Assembly: GCA_003973265.1 (NCBI GenBank)
Contig: QNYZ01000037.1
Location: 2,220-66,219 of the forward strand
Length of the DNA stretch: 64,000 bases
From: Deltaproteobacteria bacterium
Lineage (GTDB): Bacteria > Desulfobacterota > Desulfobacteria > Desulfobacterales > QNYZ01
Direction: 5' to 3'
The position numbers were made by a program, and so were the translations under genes. This document shows positions 33,325 through 43,401 of the stretch, in pieces (position 1 is the stretch's first letter; each line of letters opens with the position of its first letter). The notes under the pieces are model-generated. The model saw only the letters and a program-made list of their open reading frames with translations. It was not told the DNA's origin and searched no databases.

Positions 33325-36300
33325 TCAGCGCTCACAGATCCTGGCGACGATCAATTCTCCAATTTTTTCCGCCGAGCGGCCGAACAGGTCATCCATGGCC
33401 ACCATGTCCAGGTGGCTGTCTTTCCATCCGGTACTGTTTTCCTGAAAAATATTTTTAATGTGCTCATATTTTCCGCCCAGGGCCCGGATTTTATCCGGCA
33501 GCGGAACGGTTTTCCGGAAGGTGATATTCAGAAGCAATAACTGGCCGATGGTGTGGCCGGCACCGGGTACATCCGACAGAAGCGGGATGACGATCATGCT
33601 GCGGTCATCTTTTCTTCCCTTGCCGATATAGACATTCCCCTGCCGGACGATGATTCGCTTGGTCCCCTTCAGGCGGCTATCCGTTTCGACCCGGGAGGGG
33701 ATCGGCGCCAGGGTTCCTTCTTTTTTCATGACCTGGATCTCTGTCCGGTCGGTCAATTCACCCAGCGTATTCAGCCCGCTGATCCGGTATAAAATGGCCC
33801 CCTCGATGGTTTGCACAATGGCCTGGAGGTTTCGCAAAACAATGACATTACGATTAATCAGGCGGGAGATCTCGATGCCATGGTGGCGCAGTGCTTCAAA
33901 AAGGATTCCCTCTGTCCGGTCAGAGATACGGCTGGTACCGACGGTTACCGTTTTGGCCTGGTGTTTGATGGCATCTACCGGGCGAGACAATAAATTAATG
34001 GCCTTGCCCAGGTTGGCAAAGAGGGTGTCGATCATATTCCGGGCGGACCCTTCCTTGCCGAAATCAATTTTAAAATCGGAAACGGGCAACCGTCCGGAAA
34101 GATATTTCAAAAGAAGGCTCAGGTCGGTGGCCACGGTCAGGCCCAGAATGGCCGGGAACTTCCCGTTGATTTTGCGGGAGCGGAATTCCCGGTAAAAACA
34201 GGCCACTTTTTCCCGGAAGGCAGGTTCCAGAATGATGTCGTATATATCGAGCCCCTTTCGGGAGTAGGCCCGGAAATCCTGTCGCAGCGCTTCCCGGAAG
34301 CGGTAGATGAAGCGTGATCCCTCATGGATCGCCAGGGCGGCATGATATCCCCAGATGTGGCCGGTAAGCGTATTTAGAATCGGCGCCAGATGTTCACTGA
34401 CCCTGGGAACGTATAACACATGGGCGGCATACGGAGAAAACCGGTCTTCGCCTTCGTCGGCGATGACCACCGGCGCTGCTTTGTGGGCCCGGAAAATGGC
34501 CGTATCCTTGACCAGATCCCCCACCACCGCCGGGCGGGCACCCGCGGCACAAACGATGATCAGGGGCTCGGCGGACAGATCGATGTGTTTTTTGTCCTCC
34601 ACAAAATCCGAAGAGATGGTTTTGTAACACAACTCACTCAGTTTGATACGGATCTCGTCGGCAGATGCCTTGTTGGGGCCGCTGCCAACCGTGGCCCAGT
34701 AGGTCTTTTCGGTGGCCAGGTCCCTGGCCGTGTCAGCGATTTTGTCACTTGTGGCGAGTACCTTGCGCATATGTGCCGGCAATATTCTGAGTTCTTTGAT
34801 CTGATCTGAAACAAAGGCCCCATCGCGATGGCCGGTCAGCCGGGCGAGATACAGCCCCAGGATGGCTCCAGCCACAATCTGGGCATAAAAGGCTTTGGTG
34901 GAGGCCACCGACATTTCAATATCCCGGCCGCTGCTGGTATAAATGACACCATCCGTTTTAAAGGTCAGATCCGAATCCCGGCGATTGACGATGGCCAGGG
35001 TATGGGCACCCCGGGCCTTAATCATATCCACGGTACGATTGGTATCCGTGGTGGTGCCGGACTGACTGATTGCCACAACAAGTACATCGGCCATCGACTG
35101 GGCGTCATCGTGTTCGTCGATGGTAAATCCACTCAGCTCCGAGGCTTTTAAGGCGCGGATCTGGATAGATGGGTCGTTTAAATAATAGTTGGTGATATCC
35201 GCGCAGGTCCGGGCGGCGATTCCGGCCGTTCCCTGGCCGATGAAAAAAATGCGGTGGATCTGTTTTTTTTCAAAGGCGGCCTGCAGCCGGGCCGGGAAAG
35301 TGGTTTCGTCCAGGGCAATGAGACAGCGATCGCTGTTGTCCGGGTCGGTTGTCCAGCGTGCCCGGAGGGTTTGTTCCACGGAGCGCGGGGCTTCGTGGAT
35401 CTCCTTTAAAAAATAGTGGGGGAAATCCTGGCGATCGATATCCCGGGAGGTTATTTCCGTGGTTTTAATGTCATCTTCGGAAAGATGAACCGGGGTCTGA
35501 TCGTAATACATGGCTGTGATGCCGGCCAGCCCGCCACCAGACATCTGGTCCAGGATGAAAATCTGTCCCTGGGTTTTTCCGTTTTTCCCGTCCACCACGG
35601 CTTCGCCGTCGAGCTTCAGGTAGGTGTCGGTCTCTTCAACGAAACCGTATACTTCCGATACGGGCATGTAATGGTCCCGGGCCAGCCCGATAAAGATGGC
35701 CTGACCACTTCCTTTCTGGGCCAGAAAGATCTTGCCCGGCGCCAGGTCGGTATGCATGCTGATGGCATGCGAACCGGCAAATTCGTTGACAGCCAGCCGG
35801 AAGGCGTCGGCAATGTCGTGACCGGCCTTTAGATGTTTTTCAATGGTCAGGGGAATCATCTTGGTATCGGTCGTTATTTCCGGATGGATCCGGTATCCGT
35901 TTGATTCAAAGGCCTGTTGCAGAGACAGATGATTGTCAATATCCCCATTGAGACAGACATGGATGATCCCCTGTTGATCGTCAGGTGTCATAACGACATT
36001 GTCCACGGGATGGCAGTTGGGTTCGGTAATGGCGCCGACCGAGGCCCAGCGGGTATGGGCGCAGACAGTATGGTGGCAATGCGGATGGGAAATCAATATC
36101 TGGAGGATCCGGTCAGCCTGGATCTGGTGACGTAAAAAACGGACATTGTCGCCCAGGCTGCCGATTTCAGCGGCGACTTTATAGGTGAGCGTCAGCGTTG
36201 TCATTGCCTGGCCGGAAGGGTCCTGGGCGTGACGGATGCGAATGTTGCCGTTAACCAGAATATCTGCCCGGATTCGGTCGCTCAGCTGCCGGGAAAGCGA

Positions 36301-37101
36301 TTTTTCAGCCAGCGATTTTTCAAACCCGGCAAAATCCGACCGGGTCATATGGAACAGCAGGGACAGGCCGGCAGAATCACGGCCACGGACTTCGAGCCGG
36401 TCGATACTGTTAAGAACGGCATTGATCTGCCTGAATATGGCGATTGATGTGCCGCCGGGTGGCACCGGTGCGTTTGCCAGCAGGTCTTTTACCCGAAGGA
36501 TATTTTTTGCAAGCTCCGTGGTCAGGGTCCAGTGGATGTCTTTCAGGCGTTCGATATTCTTCGATACCTGTGCCACCCCGGTTGTTGTCAGTCGAATCTG
36601 TATCGTGGTCAGCGTCTGCTGCTCGGTTTCGATGAGTTTCTCAAGGCGGTTGACAATGTCGCCCAGTGCCGCCTGAATCTCCTCGTTCTGATAAATTTTT
36701 TCGAACGGGCGATCTTGTTTTAATACGCGGACATCGTCCCAAAAACCGGCCAGCGTGGCGGCACCCCCCAGATGCCGGGCCTCAATCGAGTGATCATTAG
36801 CCGGAAAACGGGCCAGAGAACCGCTTTCAATCTGCGCAAGGTTTTCCTTCAGCCCGTCAATATCCAGGCGTACTTCGGGTGATTCTTCCGGCTTTACGGC
36901 GATAAGACAGGTCAGTCCGCAGGACAAACGGGTCCCGGTGAGCGGGAAAAAGATAACCGCCTTTCGGGGAACGGACGTGATCGATCTTCCCAGGTAGATC
37001 CGATACCTGAGAATAGAGATTCCGATATTAAACCACTTTTCCGGGAACCGGGGGAAAACAATTGCAGCGCGTTTGAAGTCTAAGTGAACAGGTCTGATCA
37101 T
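33325..37101 (-). CDS. Giant GlmS-like glutamine amidotransferase/SIS protein (1258 aa)
   Basis: RGRDSAG, HTRWA, NCHP, NGDIDN (class II GATase); SQSGTTTDT, VASTKAF, KLSELCY, AKTVTV (SIS domains); start uncertain. Confidence 0.85.
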   Translation of the reverse strand: MIRPVHLDFKRAAIVFPRFPEKWFNIGISILRYRIYLGRSITSVPRKAVIFFPLTGTRLSCGLTCLIAVKPEESPEVRLDIDGLKENLAQIESGSLARFPANDHSIEARHLGGAATLAGFWDDVRVLKQDRPFEKIYQNEEIQAALGDIVNRLEKLIETEQQTLTTIQIRLTTTGVAQVSKNIERLKDIHWTLTTELAKNILRVKDLLANAPVPPGGTSIAIFRQINAVLNSIDRLEVRGRDSAGLSLLFHMTRSDFAGFEKSLAEKSLSRQLSDRIRADILVNGNIRIRHAQDPSGQAMTTLTLTYKVAAEIGSLGDNVRFLRHQIQADRILQILISHPHCHHTVCAHTRWASVGAITEPNCHPVDNVVMTPDDQQGIIHVCLNGDIDNHLSLQQAFESNGYRIHPEITTDTKMIPLTIEKHLKAGHDIADAFRLAVNEFAGSHAISMHTDLAPGKIFLAQKGSGQAIFIGLARDHYMPVSEVYGFVEETDTYLKLDGEAVVDGKNGKTQGQIFILDQMSGGGLAGITAMYYDQTPVHLSEDDIKTTEITSRDIDRQDFPHYFLKEIHEAPRSVEQTLRARWTTDPDNSDRCLIALDETTFPARLQAAFEKKQIHRIFFIGQGTAGIAARTCADITNYYLNDPSIQIRALKASELSGFTIDEHDDAQSMADVLVVAISQSGTTTDTNRTVDMIKARGAHTLAIVNRRDSDLTFKTDGVIYTSSGRDIEMSVASTKAFYAQIVAGAILGLYLARLTGHRDGAFVSDQIKELRILPAHMRKVLATSDKIADTARDLATEKTYWATVGSGPNKASADEIRIKLSELCYKTISSDFVEDKKHIDLSAEPLIIVCAAGARPAVVGDLVKDTAIFRAHKAAPVVIADEGEDRFSPYAAHVLYVPRVSEHLAPILNTLTGHIWGYHAALAIHEGSRFIYRFREALRQDFRAYSRKGLDIYDIILEPAFREKVACFYREFRSRKINGKFPAILGLTVATDLSLLLKYLSGRLPVSDFKIDFGKEGSARNMIDTLFANLGKAINLLSRPVDAIKHQAKTVTVGTSRISDRTEGILFEALRHHGIEISRLINRNVIVLRNLQAIVQTIEGAILYRISGLNTLGELTDRTEIQVMKKEGTLAPIPSRVETDSRLKGTKRIIVRQGNVYIGKGRKDDRSMIVIPLLSDVPGAGHTIGQLLLLNITFRKTVPLPDKIRALGGKYEHIKNIFQENSTGWKDSHLDMVAMDDLFGRSAEKIGELIVARICER

Positions 37102-37108
37102 GGCTGGC

Positions 37109-38527
37109 TTATCCCTTTTTAGGTATGGTCTTCAGGTATTGTCCCTGCATGTTATGGCTGGTCGAGGTTTGCGGTGCGGATTGCCGGGCAAAGTATTCCT
37201 TGAAATAGGCTTTAATAGCCATGCGGGCATATTGTCCGGATTTAATGCCAATGAAATCTTGATGGGCCACCATTGCAGCCACAACCACGCTTTGACCGCT
37301 GGTGTTGTCCCTGGCAAATCCCACAAACCAGTCATACCGGGGATTATTATTCATACTGCCCGTTTTACCACCGAGATCCAGCCGGGAAAGGATCCGGTCA
37401 CGGCGATAGCCCCTGAACACCTTTCGGGCGGTTCCCTCGCGGATGGTGGTCTGCATAAGGCCGGCGAGAATCCGGGCCGTACGGGGTTTAATGGGGTTTT
37501 GAATGGTACGGGAGTGTCCCTGGTAGACAACCTGTCCGCTGTTGTTGACGACGGAATCAATCAGGGTCGGCTCGATCAGCCGGCCGCCGTTGATGACCGT
37601 TGCGGCGATCATGGCACCATGCAGCGGAGAGAGCGTGGTTTCCTTATTAAAACCGCAGGCCAGTTCGGCCCATCGATACGGCCGGTCCGAAACGGAGAAC
37701 AGGCTGGGTGCTGTCTGAAAATCAAGATTAAACTCACGGTTGAAACCAAAGGCGCTGGCATACGACAATAGATTTTTGCCACCAAGGCGATTGGCGCCCA
37801 GTTTTCCGAAGACCGGGTTAATGGACTGGGCAAAGGCGTCCTGCAGCGTGACCCGGTTGGTATATTTGTTCTGCTGTTCTTTCAGCTGCTTTTTATACAA
37901 TGTATGTTTGCGGCCGTTATACTTCAAGGTCGAGTCCGGGCCCAGGTGGCAGATCTCAATTGCCGCCGATGCCGTGATGATTTTAAAGATACTGGCAGCA
38001 GGGAAGTGGTTGTCCGCGCATATGTTGCGGCCCGGGTGGATCCGGTCATGGTTGATCATCGCCAGAATGTGGCCGGTGGACGGGTCCATGACGACAATTC
38101 CAAGGTATCGGGCGTATTCAAGGCGCAGTTTATCCGTGAGGGCCTTTTGAAGATGGGGGTCAATCGTGGTGTTGACCTGATACCGGTTGCTGCCGTCTTT
38201 AAGGGGAAAAGTGTCCGCCGCCAGACGGTTCGTACCGACATTGGCCAGCATGCGGCGGAGGGCCTGTTTGGTCAGGGGCCGGGGGGGGGTGGCCACATCG
38301 GCTTCCATACTGCGGGCCGAGGTATTGCTGTCCGGCCATATACCGGTAACGGAGGCCCCATAGCCGGCACATAGAACGAATATGACGGCAAGGGCCAGCA
38401 TCCACCGCAACCGGGGCGGTTTCCCGCGGCGATGCCTCCTGGTATTTCGCTTCAATGTATCCTGATAAGACCGCCATCCGGTATTGTTATCTGAAGATAG
38501 CGATCCCAGTCTGTATTTTCGTATCAT
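37109..38527 (-). CDS. Penicillin-binding transpeptidase-domain protein
   Basis: TM anchor; SxxK (SIFK), SxN (SIN) and KTG motifs. Confidence 0.9.
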   Translation of the reverse strand: MIRKYRLGSLSSDNNTGWRSYQDTLKRNTRRHRRGKPPRLRWMLALAVIFVLCAGYGASVTGIWPDSNTSARSMEADVATPPRPLTKQALRRMLANVGTNRLAADTFPLKDGSNRYQVNTTIDPHLQKALTDKLRLEYARYLGIVVMDPSTGHILAMINHDRIHPGRNICADNHFPAASIFKIITASAAIEICHLGPDSTLKYNGRKHTLYKKQLKEQQNKYTNRVTLQDAFAQSINPVFGKLGANRLGGKNLLSYASAFGFNREFNLDFQTAPSLFSVSDRPYRWAELACGFNKETTLSPLHGAMIAATVINGGRLIEPTLIDSVVNNSGQVVYQGHSRTIQNPIKPRTARILAGLMQTTIREGTARKVFRGYRRDRILSRLDLGGKTGSMNNNPRYDWFVGFARDNTSGQSVVVAAMVAHQDFIGIKSGQYARMAIKAYFKEYFARQSAPQTSTSHNMQGQYLKTIPKKG

Positions 38528-38649
38528 CTATTCTTTTGCCTGGTCTAATTTGCATTTAAAGCTGATCCAGTCGCCGGGCCTGCTCAAAAAACGACCCGCC
38601 TGAAACAGAGGGCATCTGAAGTGCCATTTCATATCTACCGGGCCGGGTA

Positions 38650-40608
38650 TCAGGAAAGCGGTGTCCCCGGCGGAACCGGTTCGTCCAGCCCGGCCAGCGT
38701 GACGTTTTTTTTATTTACTGCCGCCAGAATCATTCCTTCGGATAACACGCCCATGAGTTTGGCGGGTTTCAGATTGGCAACAACGATCAGCTGTTTACCT
38801 TCCAGATCTTCGGGCTTATAGCGGGTGGCAATTCCGGCAACCACGGTCCGTTTTCCACCGGTATCCAGTTCCAGTTTGAGCAGCTTTCTGGCCCGCGGGA
38901 TTGCTTCCGCCCGGACAACGGTTGCCACACGCAGATCAACCCGGGCAAAATCTTCCATGGTGATTTCCGGCTTGATCGGGGGCACGGCCGATGGGGTGTC
39001 CGTGCCGGTTATGGTGGATCTGCCGGCTGGTTTATCTTCGGCCCTTGTTTCTATCCGGGGAAACAGGGCGATGGATTTGGGAAGTTGAAGGCCCGATGGA
39101 ATGGCCCCCCATTTCCGTAACCCGGGCAGATTGTAAAAGGGGTGCCCGGTTTTCGCTTCCGGGTCAATCCCCAGGTGCCTGATCATGGTAAAGGCCGTAT
39201 CCGGCATGACAGGGTAAATTAATCCGGCAACAATTCGAAGCCCCTCCAGCAGGTTGTATATAACTATTTTGAGCTGCGGGCGGGTGGCATCCTTTTTAGC
39301 CAGCTCCCACGGTGCCATTGTGTCGACATACCGATTCATCTGGGCGATCAGTTCCCATATCGCCATAACGCCCTTGTGAAAAGCAAACGTGTCAAACGCC
39401 GTTTCAAACGCATCGATGGTTTTTCTTGCCATGGGGGCAATGTCAAAGGCCGTCTCGGATGTTGTTTCAGGCGTCGTTTCCGGGTCCGGTGCGGGGATCC
39501 GGCCCCCAAAGTACTTGTGGGTCATGGCCAGGACCCGGGAAAAAAGATTGCCCAGATCATTGGCCAGGTCCGCATTGATCCGCTGTACCAGTGATGATTC
39601 GGAAAAATCGGAATCAAGCCCGAAGGCCATGTCCCGTATCAGGAAAAACCGAAACGCGTCGAGGCCGTAGACTTTTATCATTTCCAGGGGTTCCACCACA
39701 TTGCCGATGCTCTTGGACATTTTGCCGGCATCAATATTCCAGTATCCATGGACATTGAGGTGACGGTAAAGGGGGATTCCGGCGGCTTTAAGCATAATGG
39801 GCCAGTAGATACCATGGGGTTTTAAAATGTCCTTGGCGACAATATGCTGGGCCGCCGGCCAGAATGTGCCAAAAAGATCGCCGTCCGGGTATCCGAGGGC
39901 AGAAACATAGTTCAGCAGCGCGTCAAACCAGACATAGGTTACATATTTTTCATCAAAGGGCAGGGTGATTCCCCACTGAAGTCGTGTTTTGGGCCTGGAA
40001 ATACACAAATCCTCCAGTGGCTCGCGTAAAAATGCCAGCACTTCGTTGCGATACCGTTTGGGGCGGATGAAATCGGGGTTGGCCCTGATATGGTCAATCA
40101 GCCATTGCTGGTACCGGCTCATTTTAAAAAAATAGTTGGATTCACTGATTTCTTCGGGCGAAGTCTGGTGGTCCGGGCATTTGCCGTCGACCAGTTCCCG
40201 TTCGGTATAAAAGCGCTCGCAGCCGACACAGTAAAGACCGGTATATTCGGCAAAGTAAATGTCGCCGGCGTCGTATATTCTCTGCAGGATCCGGTTCACC
40301 AGCGCCATATGGGCCGGATCGGTCGTGCGGACAAAACGGTCATTGGAAATGTTCAGTTCGGGCCATAATTTCCGGAAGAGATCGCTGATACGATCCACAT
40401 AGGCCTTGGGGGTCAGCCCCTCTTTTTCAGCAGCGTGGACGATCTTATCGCCGTGTTCATCCGTTCCGGTAAGGAAAAAAGTTTGTCTGCCGCGCATGGT
40501 GTTAAAGCGCGCCGCCACATCGGCAACGATGGTTGTATAGGCATGTCCCAGGTGGGGCCGGGCATTGACGTAATAAATCGGGGTAGTAATAAAAAAAGGT
40601 TCTGGCAT
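38650..40608 (-). CDS. metG: Methionyl-tRNA synthetase with C-terminal tRNA-binding domain
   Basis: TTPIYYVN, HLGH, GTDEHG, YVWFDAL, KMSKS, C-terminal Trbp-like domain. Confidence 0.98.
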   Translation of the reverse strand: MPEPFFITTPIYYVNARPHLGHAYTTIVADVAARFNTMRGRQTFFLTGTDEHGDKIVHAAEKEGLTPKAYVDRISDLFRKLWPELNISNDRFVRTTDPAHMALVNRILQRIYDAGDIYFAEYTGLYCVGCERFYTERELVDGKCPDHQTSPEEISESNYFFKMSRYQQWLIDHIRANPDFIRPKRYRNEVLAFLREPLEDLCISRPKTRLQWGITLPFDEKYVTYVWFDALLNYVSALGYPDGDLFGTFWPAAQHIVAKDILKPHGIYWPIMLKAAGIPLYRHLNVHGYWNIDAGKMSKSIGNVVEPLEMIKVYGLDAFRFFLIRDMAFGLDSDFSESSLVQRINADLANDLGNLFSRVLAMTHKYFGGRIPAPDPETTPETTSETAFDIAPMARKTIDAFETAFDTFAFHKGVMAIWELIAQMNRYVDTMAPWELAKKDATRPQLKIVIYNLLEGLRIVAGLIYPVMPDTAFTMIRHLGIDPEAKTGHPFYNLPGLRKWGAIPSGLQLPKSIALFPRIETRAEDKPAGRSTITGTDTPSAVPPIKPEITMEDFARVDLRVATVVRAEAIPRARKLLKLELDTGGKRTVVAGIATRYKPEDLEGKQLIVVANLKPAKLMGVLSEGMILAAVNKKNVTLAGLDEPVPPGTPLS

Positions 40609-40634
40609 ATCCAATCCATTTTAATTGTGATGAG

Positions 40635-41309
40635 CTATTTCTTATTTCTGCGGCTCTTACCTCTGGGCCGATAAACCGTGGTATTTTCATAAGTAAGGCA
40701 ACACATCAGGCGCCCGCAAAGCCCGGATATTTTGGTCGGGTTCAGGGAAAGCCCCTGGGCCTTGGCCATCCGGATAGAGACCGGCTCGAATTTTTCGATA
40801 AAGCTTCTACAGCAGATCTCACGTCCACAGCGGCCCAGCCCGCCGATCATCTTTGCCTGGTTGCGAATTCCTACCTGACGCATTTCAACACGGACTCTTA
40901 ATTTTTTTACCAGCATCTTGACCAGCTGCCGGAAGTCAACCCGGCCCTCGGCAGTAAAAAAGAAGGTCGTTTTTTTGGTGTCGAAGGTGGTTTCAACCGA
41001 AAAAAGATTCATTTTTAAACCGAGCTTATTGATGCAATTCTGGCAATAATTCTGAGAAAATTTTTCAGTTTCCCTGTTTTTGGCCAGCTGGTCCCTGTCT
41101 TTGGCTGTGGCCAGCCGGAAAACCTTTTTTAAGGGACGTTTGTTTTTATTCTCGCCCCGGGCTTCCGGTACAATGGCAACTATCCCGTATCCCAGGCCCT
41201 GCTTGGTTTCCAGGATGACATGATCCCCCGGATTTAAAACAAATGCTCCGGCGTCAAAATCATATATTTTCCCGGCAGAATTAAACCGGATGCCGACGAT
41301 TTTACCCAT
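40635..41309 (-). CDS. RicT/YaaT (PSP1 domain) protein
   Basis: RVDFRQLV, GRCGREICC, NPTKISGLCGRLMCCL. Confidence 0.92.
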   Translation of the reverse strand: MGKIVGIRFNSAGKIYDFDAGAFVLNPGDHVILETKQGLGYGIVAIVPEARGENKNKRPLKKVFRLATAKDRDQLAKNRETEKFSQNYCQNCINKLGLKMNLFSVETTFDTKKTTFFFTAEGRVDFRQLVKMLVKKLRVRVEMRQVGIRNQAKMIGGLGRCGREICCRSFIEKFEPVSIRMAKAQGLSLNPTKISGLCGRLMCCLTYENTTVYRPRGKSRRNKK

Positions 41310-42414
41310 AATTTTTTATCGACTCCAACCCACCTGAGGTGGATATATTTTGTGCCAATGTGGCTAAATACGTCTCCAGGGCCAGCCGTGGATTGGCATT
41401 GGCCAGGATCTGTTTTTCTATTTTTTCCAGGGCTTCAAAACTGCCGACGAACGTTTGGGAGGGAACCGATGCGGCGACCTCCTTGATCTGATCCGTTCTA
41501 TCCCGATTGATGGTATGCTCGGGCGTAAATGCCACCATTGCCAGATCCCGCAGCCAGGACTTCATGATACCCAGCAGATGAAAAATATGTTGTGGGTCAC
41601 GCGCCAATATATCCGCCAGGGCCATGATTCGACGGGTGGACCCTGTTTTATCCGGGGCTGGCCCCCGATGGATCTGCATCAGCTCATCCATCAACCAGTG
41701 TCTTTGTCGGAGCCATTGCCCCGAATCCATTTCCCGGGCTGTCTGGTGGCTTCCTCCGGCCATGGCGGCGATAAGCCGGGACGCTTCTTCACTGATTCCC
41801 TCTGAGTCGGCAATGGAACGCGCAATCTGTTCTTCCGGCAGTGGTGGAAACCGGAGATGCTGGCAACGCGAGAAAATGGTTGGGAGTAAATCCGACGGCT
41901 TATTTGCAATCAGGATCAGCGTGGTCCGGGCGGGGGGCTCTTCCAGCATTTTTAATAATGCGTTGGCTGCAGGCAGAGTCATTGCCTGCGCTTTTTCGAG
42001 AATAGCAAATCGATACCGGGCATCGTAAGGTTTTAACGCCAGTGTATCACAAAGCGATCGGATCTGGTCAATTTTAAGTGCATTTCCAGCCGGTTGAATA
42101 CTGAGGATATCGGGATGCTCCCCGGTTATGATCTTCCTGCATGCCGGGCAGGAACCGCACACCGGCCAATACGCCGGATCCTGACTGTCTCCATTTGTAT
42201 TTTGACCGTCTGATTCGGTGGAAATGTCCGGCTGGCCGGTACAATTCAGTGCCATGGCCAGCCGGATGGCTGTCTGGTATCGGCCAACACCGTCAATCCC
42301 TGTAAACAGCATGGCATGGGGGATTTTCCGGGTGCGAATCAGGTGCGTCAGGACTTGGATCGACCTGCCGCCTGGAATCAACATTGGATTGAGCATCGGA
42401 CCGGCTACCCGCAC
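41302..42414 (-). CDS. holB: DNA polymerase III delta' subunit
   Basis: HAMLFTG, CGSCPAC, HPD, AANALLKMLEEP, TIFSRC. Confidence 0.92.
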   Translation of the reverse strand: MRVAGPMLNPMLIPGGRSIQVLTHLIRTRKIPHAMLFTGIDGVGRYQTAIRLAMALNCTGQPDISTESDGQNTNGDSQDPAYWPVCGSCPACRKIITGEHPDILSIQPAGNALKIDQIRSLCDTLALKPYDARYRFAILEKAQAMTLPAANALLKMLEEPPARTTLILIANKPSDLLPTIFSRCQHLRFPPLPEEQIARSIADSEGISEEASRLIAAMAGGSHQTAREMDSGQWLRQRHWLMDELMQIHRGPAPDKTGSTRRIMALADILARDPQHIFHLLGIMKSWLRDLAMVAFTPEHTINRDRTDQIKEVAASVPSQTFVGSFEALEKIEKQILANANPRLALETYLATLAQNISTSGGLESIKNYG

Positions 42415-42415
42415 A

Positions 42416-42694
42416 TCACTGGTGATCGACCCGCTCCCTGATTTCTTTTCCCGGCTTGAAGAATGGCAGCTTTTTGGGCTTTATCCGAACCTTCTCCCCT
42501 GTTTTAGGATTGCGGCCGATGTAGCTTTTATAGCTTTTTACATAAAAGCTGCATAATCCGCGGATTTCGACCCGCTCACCCCTGGCCATGGTTTCGGTCA
42601 TATCGTCGAAGAAAATCTGTACAACCCGAGATGCTTCCAGTCTGGAAATATTTGCTTCATTCTTGAGCCGGGTAATCAACTCTAATTTATTCAT
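42416..42694 (-). CDS. IHF/HU family DNA-binding protein (IHF-beta-like)
   Basis: MNKLELI, ERVEIRG, GRNPKTGE, PFFKPGKE. Confidence 0.93.
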   Translation of the reverse strand: MNKLELITRLKNEANISRLEASRVVQIFFDDMTETMARGERVEIRGLCSFYVKSYKSYIGRNPKTGEKVRIKPKKLPFFKPGKEIRERVDHQ

Positions 42695-42879
42695 TTAGCC
42701 TCCTTGACTGATTGTCACGAACACATATAATCACTTTTTATTAAATAAATTCAAACAGCAAGTCAAGCTGTTAATTTCTTTTCGTATGTCGGTTTTGTCC
42801 GGCCATTTTGATAAAGTTTCGTATAAATTGCGATTCAAAGATGGTTTCAAGGTCGCGCGAAAAGGATTCAAACCGGATT

Positions 42880-43398
42880 TTATGTGTGTAACAGTTCCAC
42901 ATCGTCTTCATCTACTTCCACGGCAGCAAACTGGCCGAGGGTCTCGATATGAACAATCACCCTGTTTTTCCCCCGGTATTGTGAAAAAATACCGATCACA
43001 CCGGTAAATGCGCCCCGGATCACTACGACCTGATCTCCTTTTTTAAAACGGGACCCGGTCGTTACCTGCTGATCCGTTGCCGTGATGATTTTCAATGAAT
43101 CGATGGTTTCCGGGGAAACAGGTAACGGGCCCTGACGGTTGCCAATCAGACGGACAGCCCCTACTGTTTTAAGGATTTCAAGATGATGCGATGGGTTCAG
43201 ATCCGTCTTGACAAACAGGTATCCCGGAAACAGACAGGCCCGTAACATAACACGTCTGTCCCGGCGCCTGCTTTGAACCAGGATTTTGGGGAGAAAAACC
43301 TCCACCGCTTTTCTGGCCAGGGCCTCACAGGTCGTGTTTTCAAATCGGCTTTTGGTGTGGAGCACGTACCATGCGGGGGTCAGCCGGGTCCCATGCAT
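42880..43398 (-). CDS. NusG paralogue (UpxY/RfaH-type transcription antiterminator)
   Basis: WYVLHT, VFLP, LFPGYLFV (NGN domain) and KGDQVVVIRGAFTG (KOW). Confidence 0.88.
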   Translation of the reverse strand: MHGTRLTPAWYVLHTKSRFENTTCEALARKAVEVFLPKILVQSRRRDRRVMLRACLFPGYLFVKTDLNPSHHLEILKTVGAVRLIGNRQGPLPVSPETIDSLKIITATDQQVTTGSRFKKGDQVVVIRGAFTGVIGIFSQYRGKNRVIVHIETLGQFAAVEVDEDDVELLHT

Positions 43399-43401
43399 AA
43401 A

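Noticed and set aside
39450-39500. PETT-PETT-SET micro-repeat in MetG
   Set aside because: Short degenerate linker duplication; no sign of a mobile or functional repeat.
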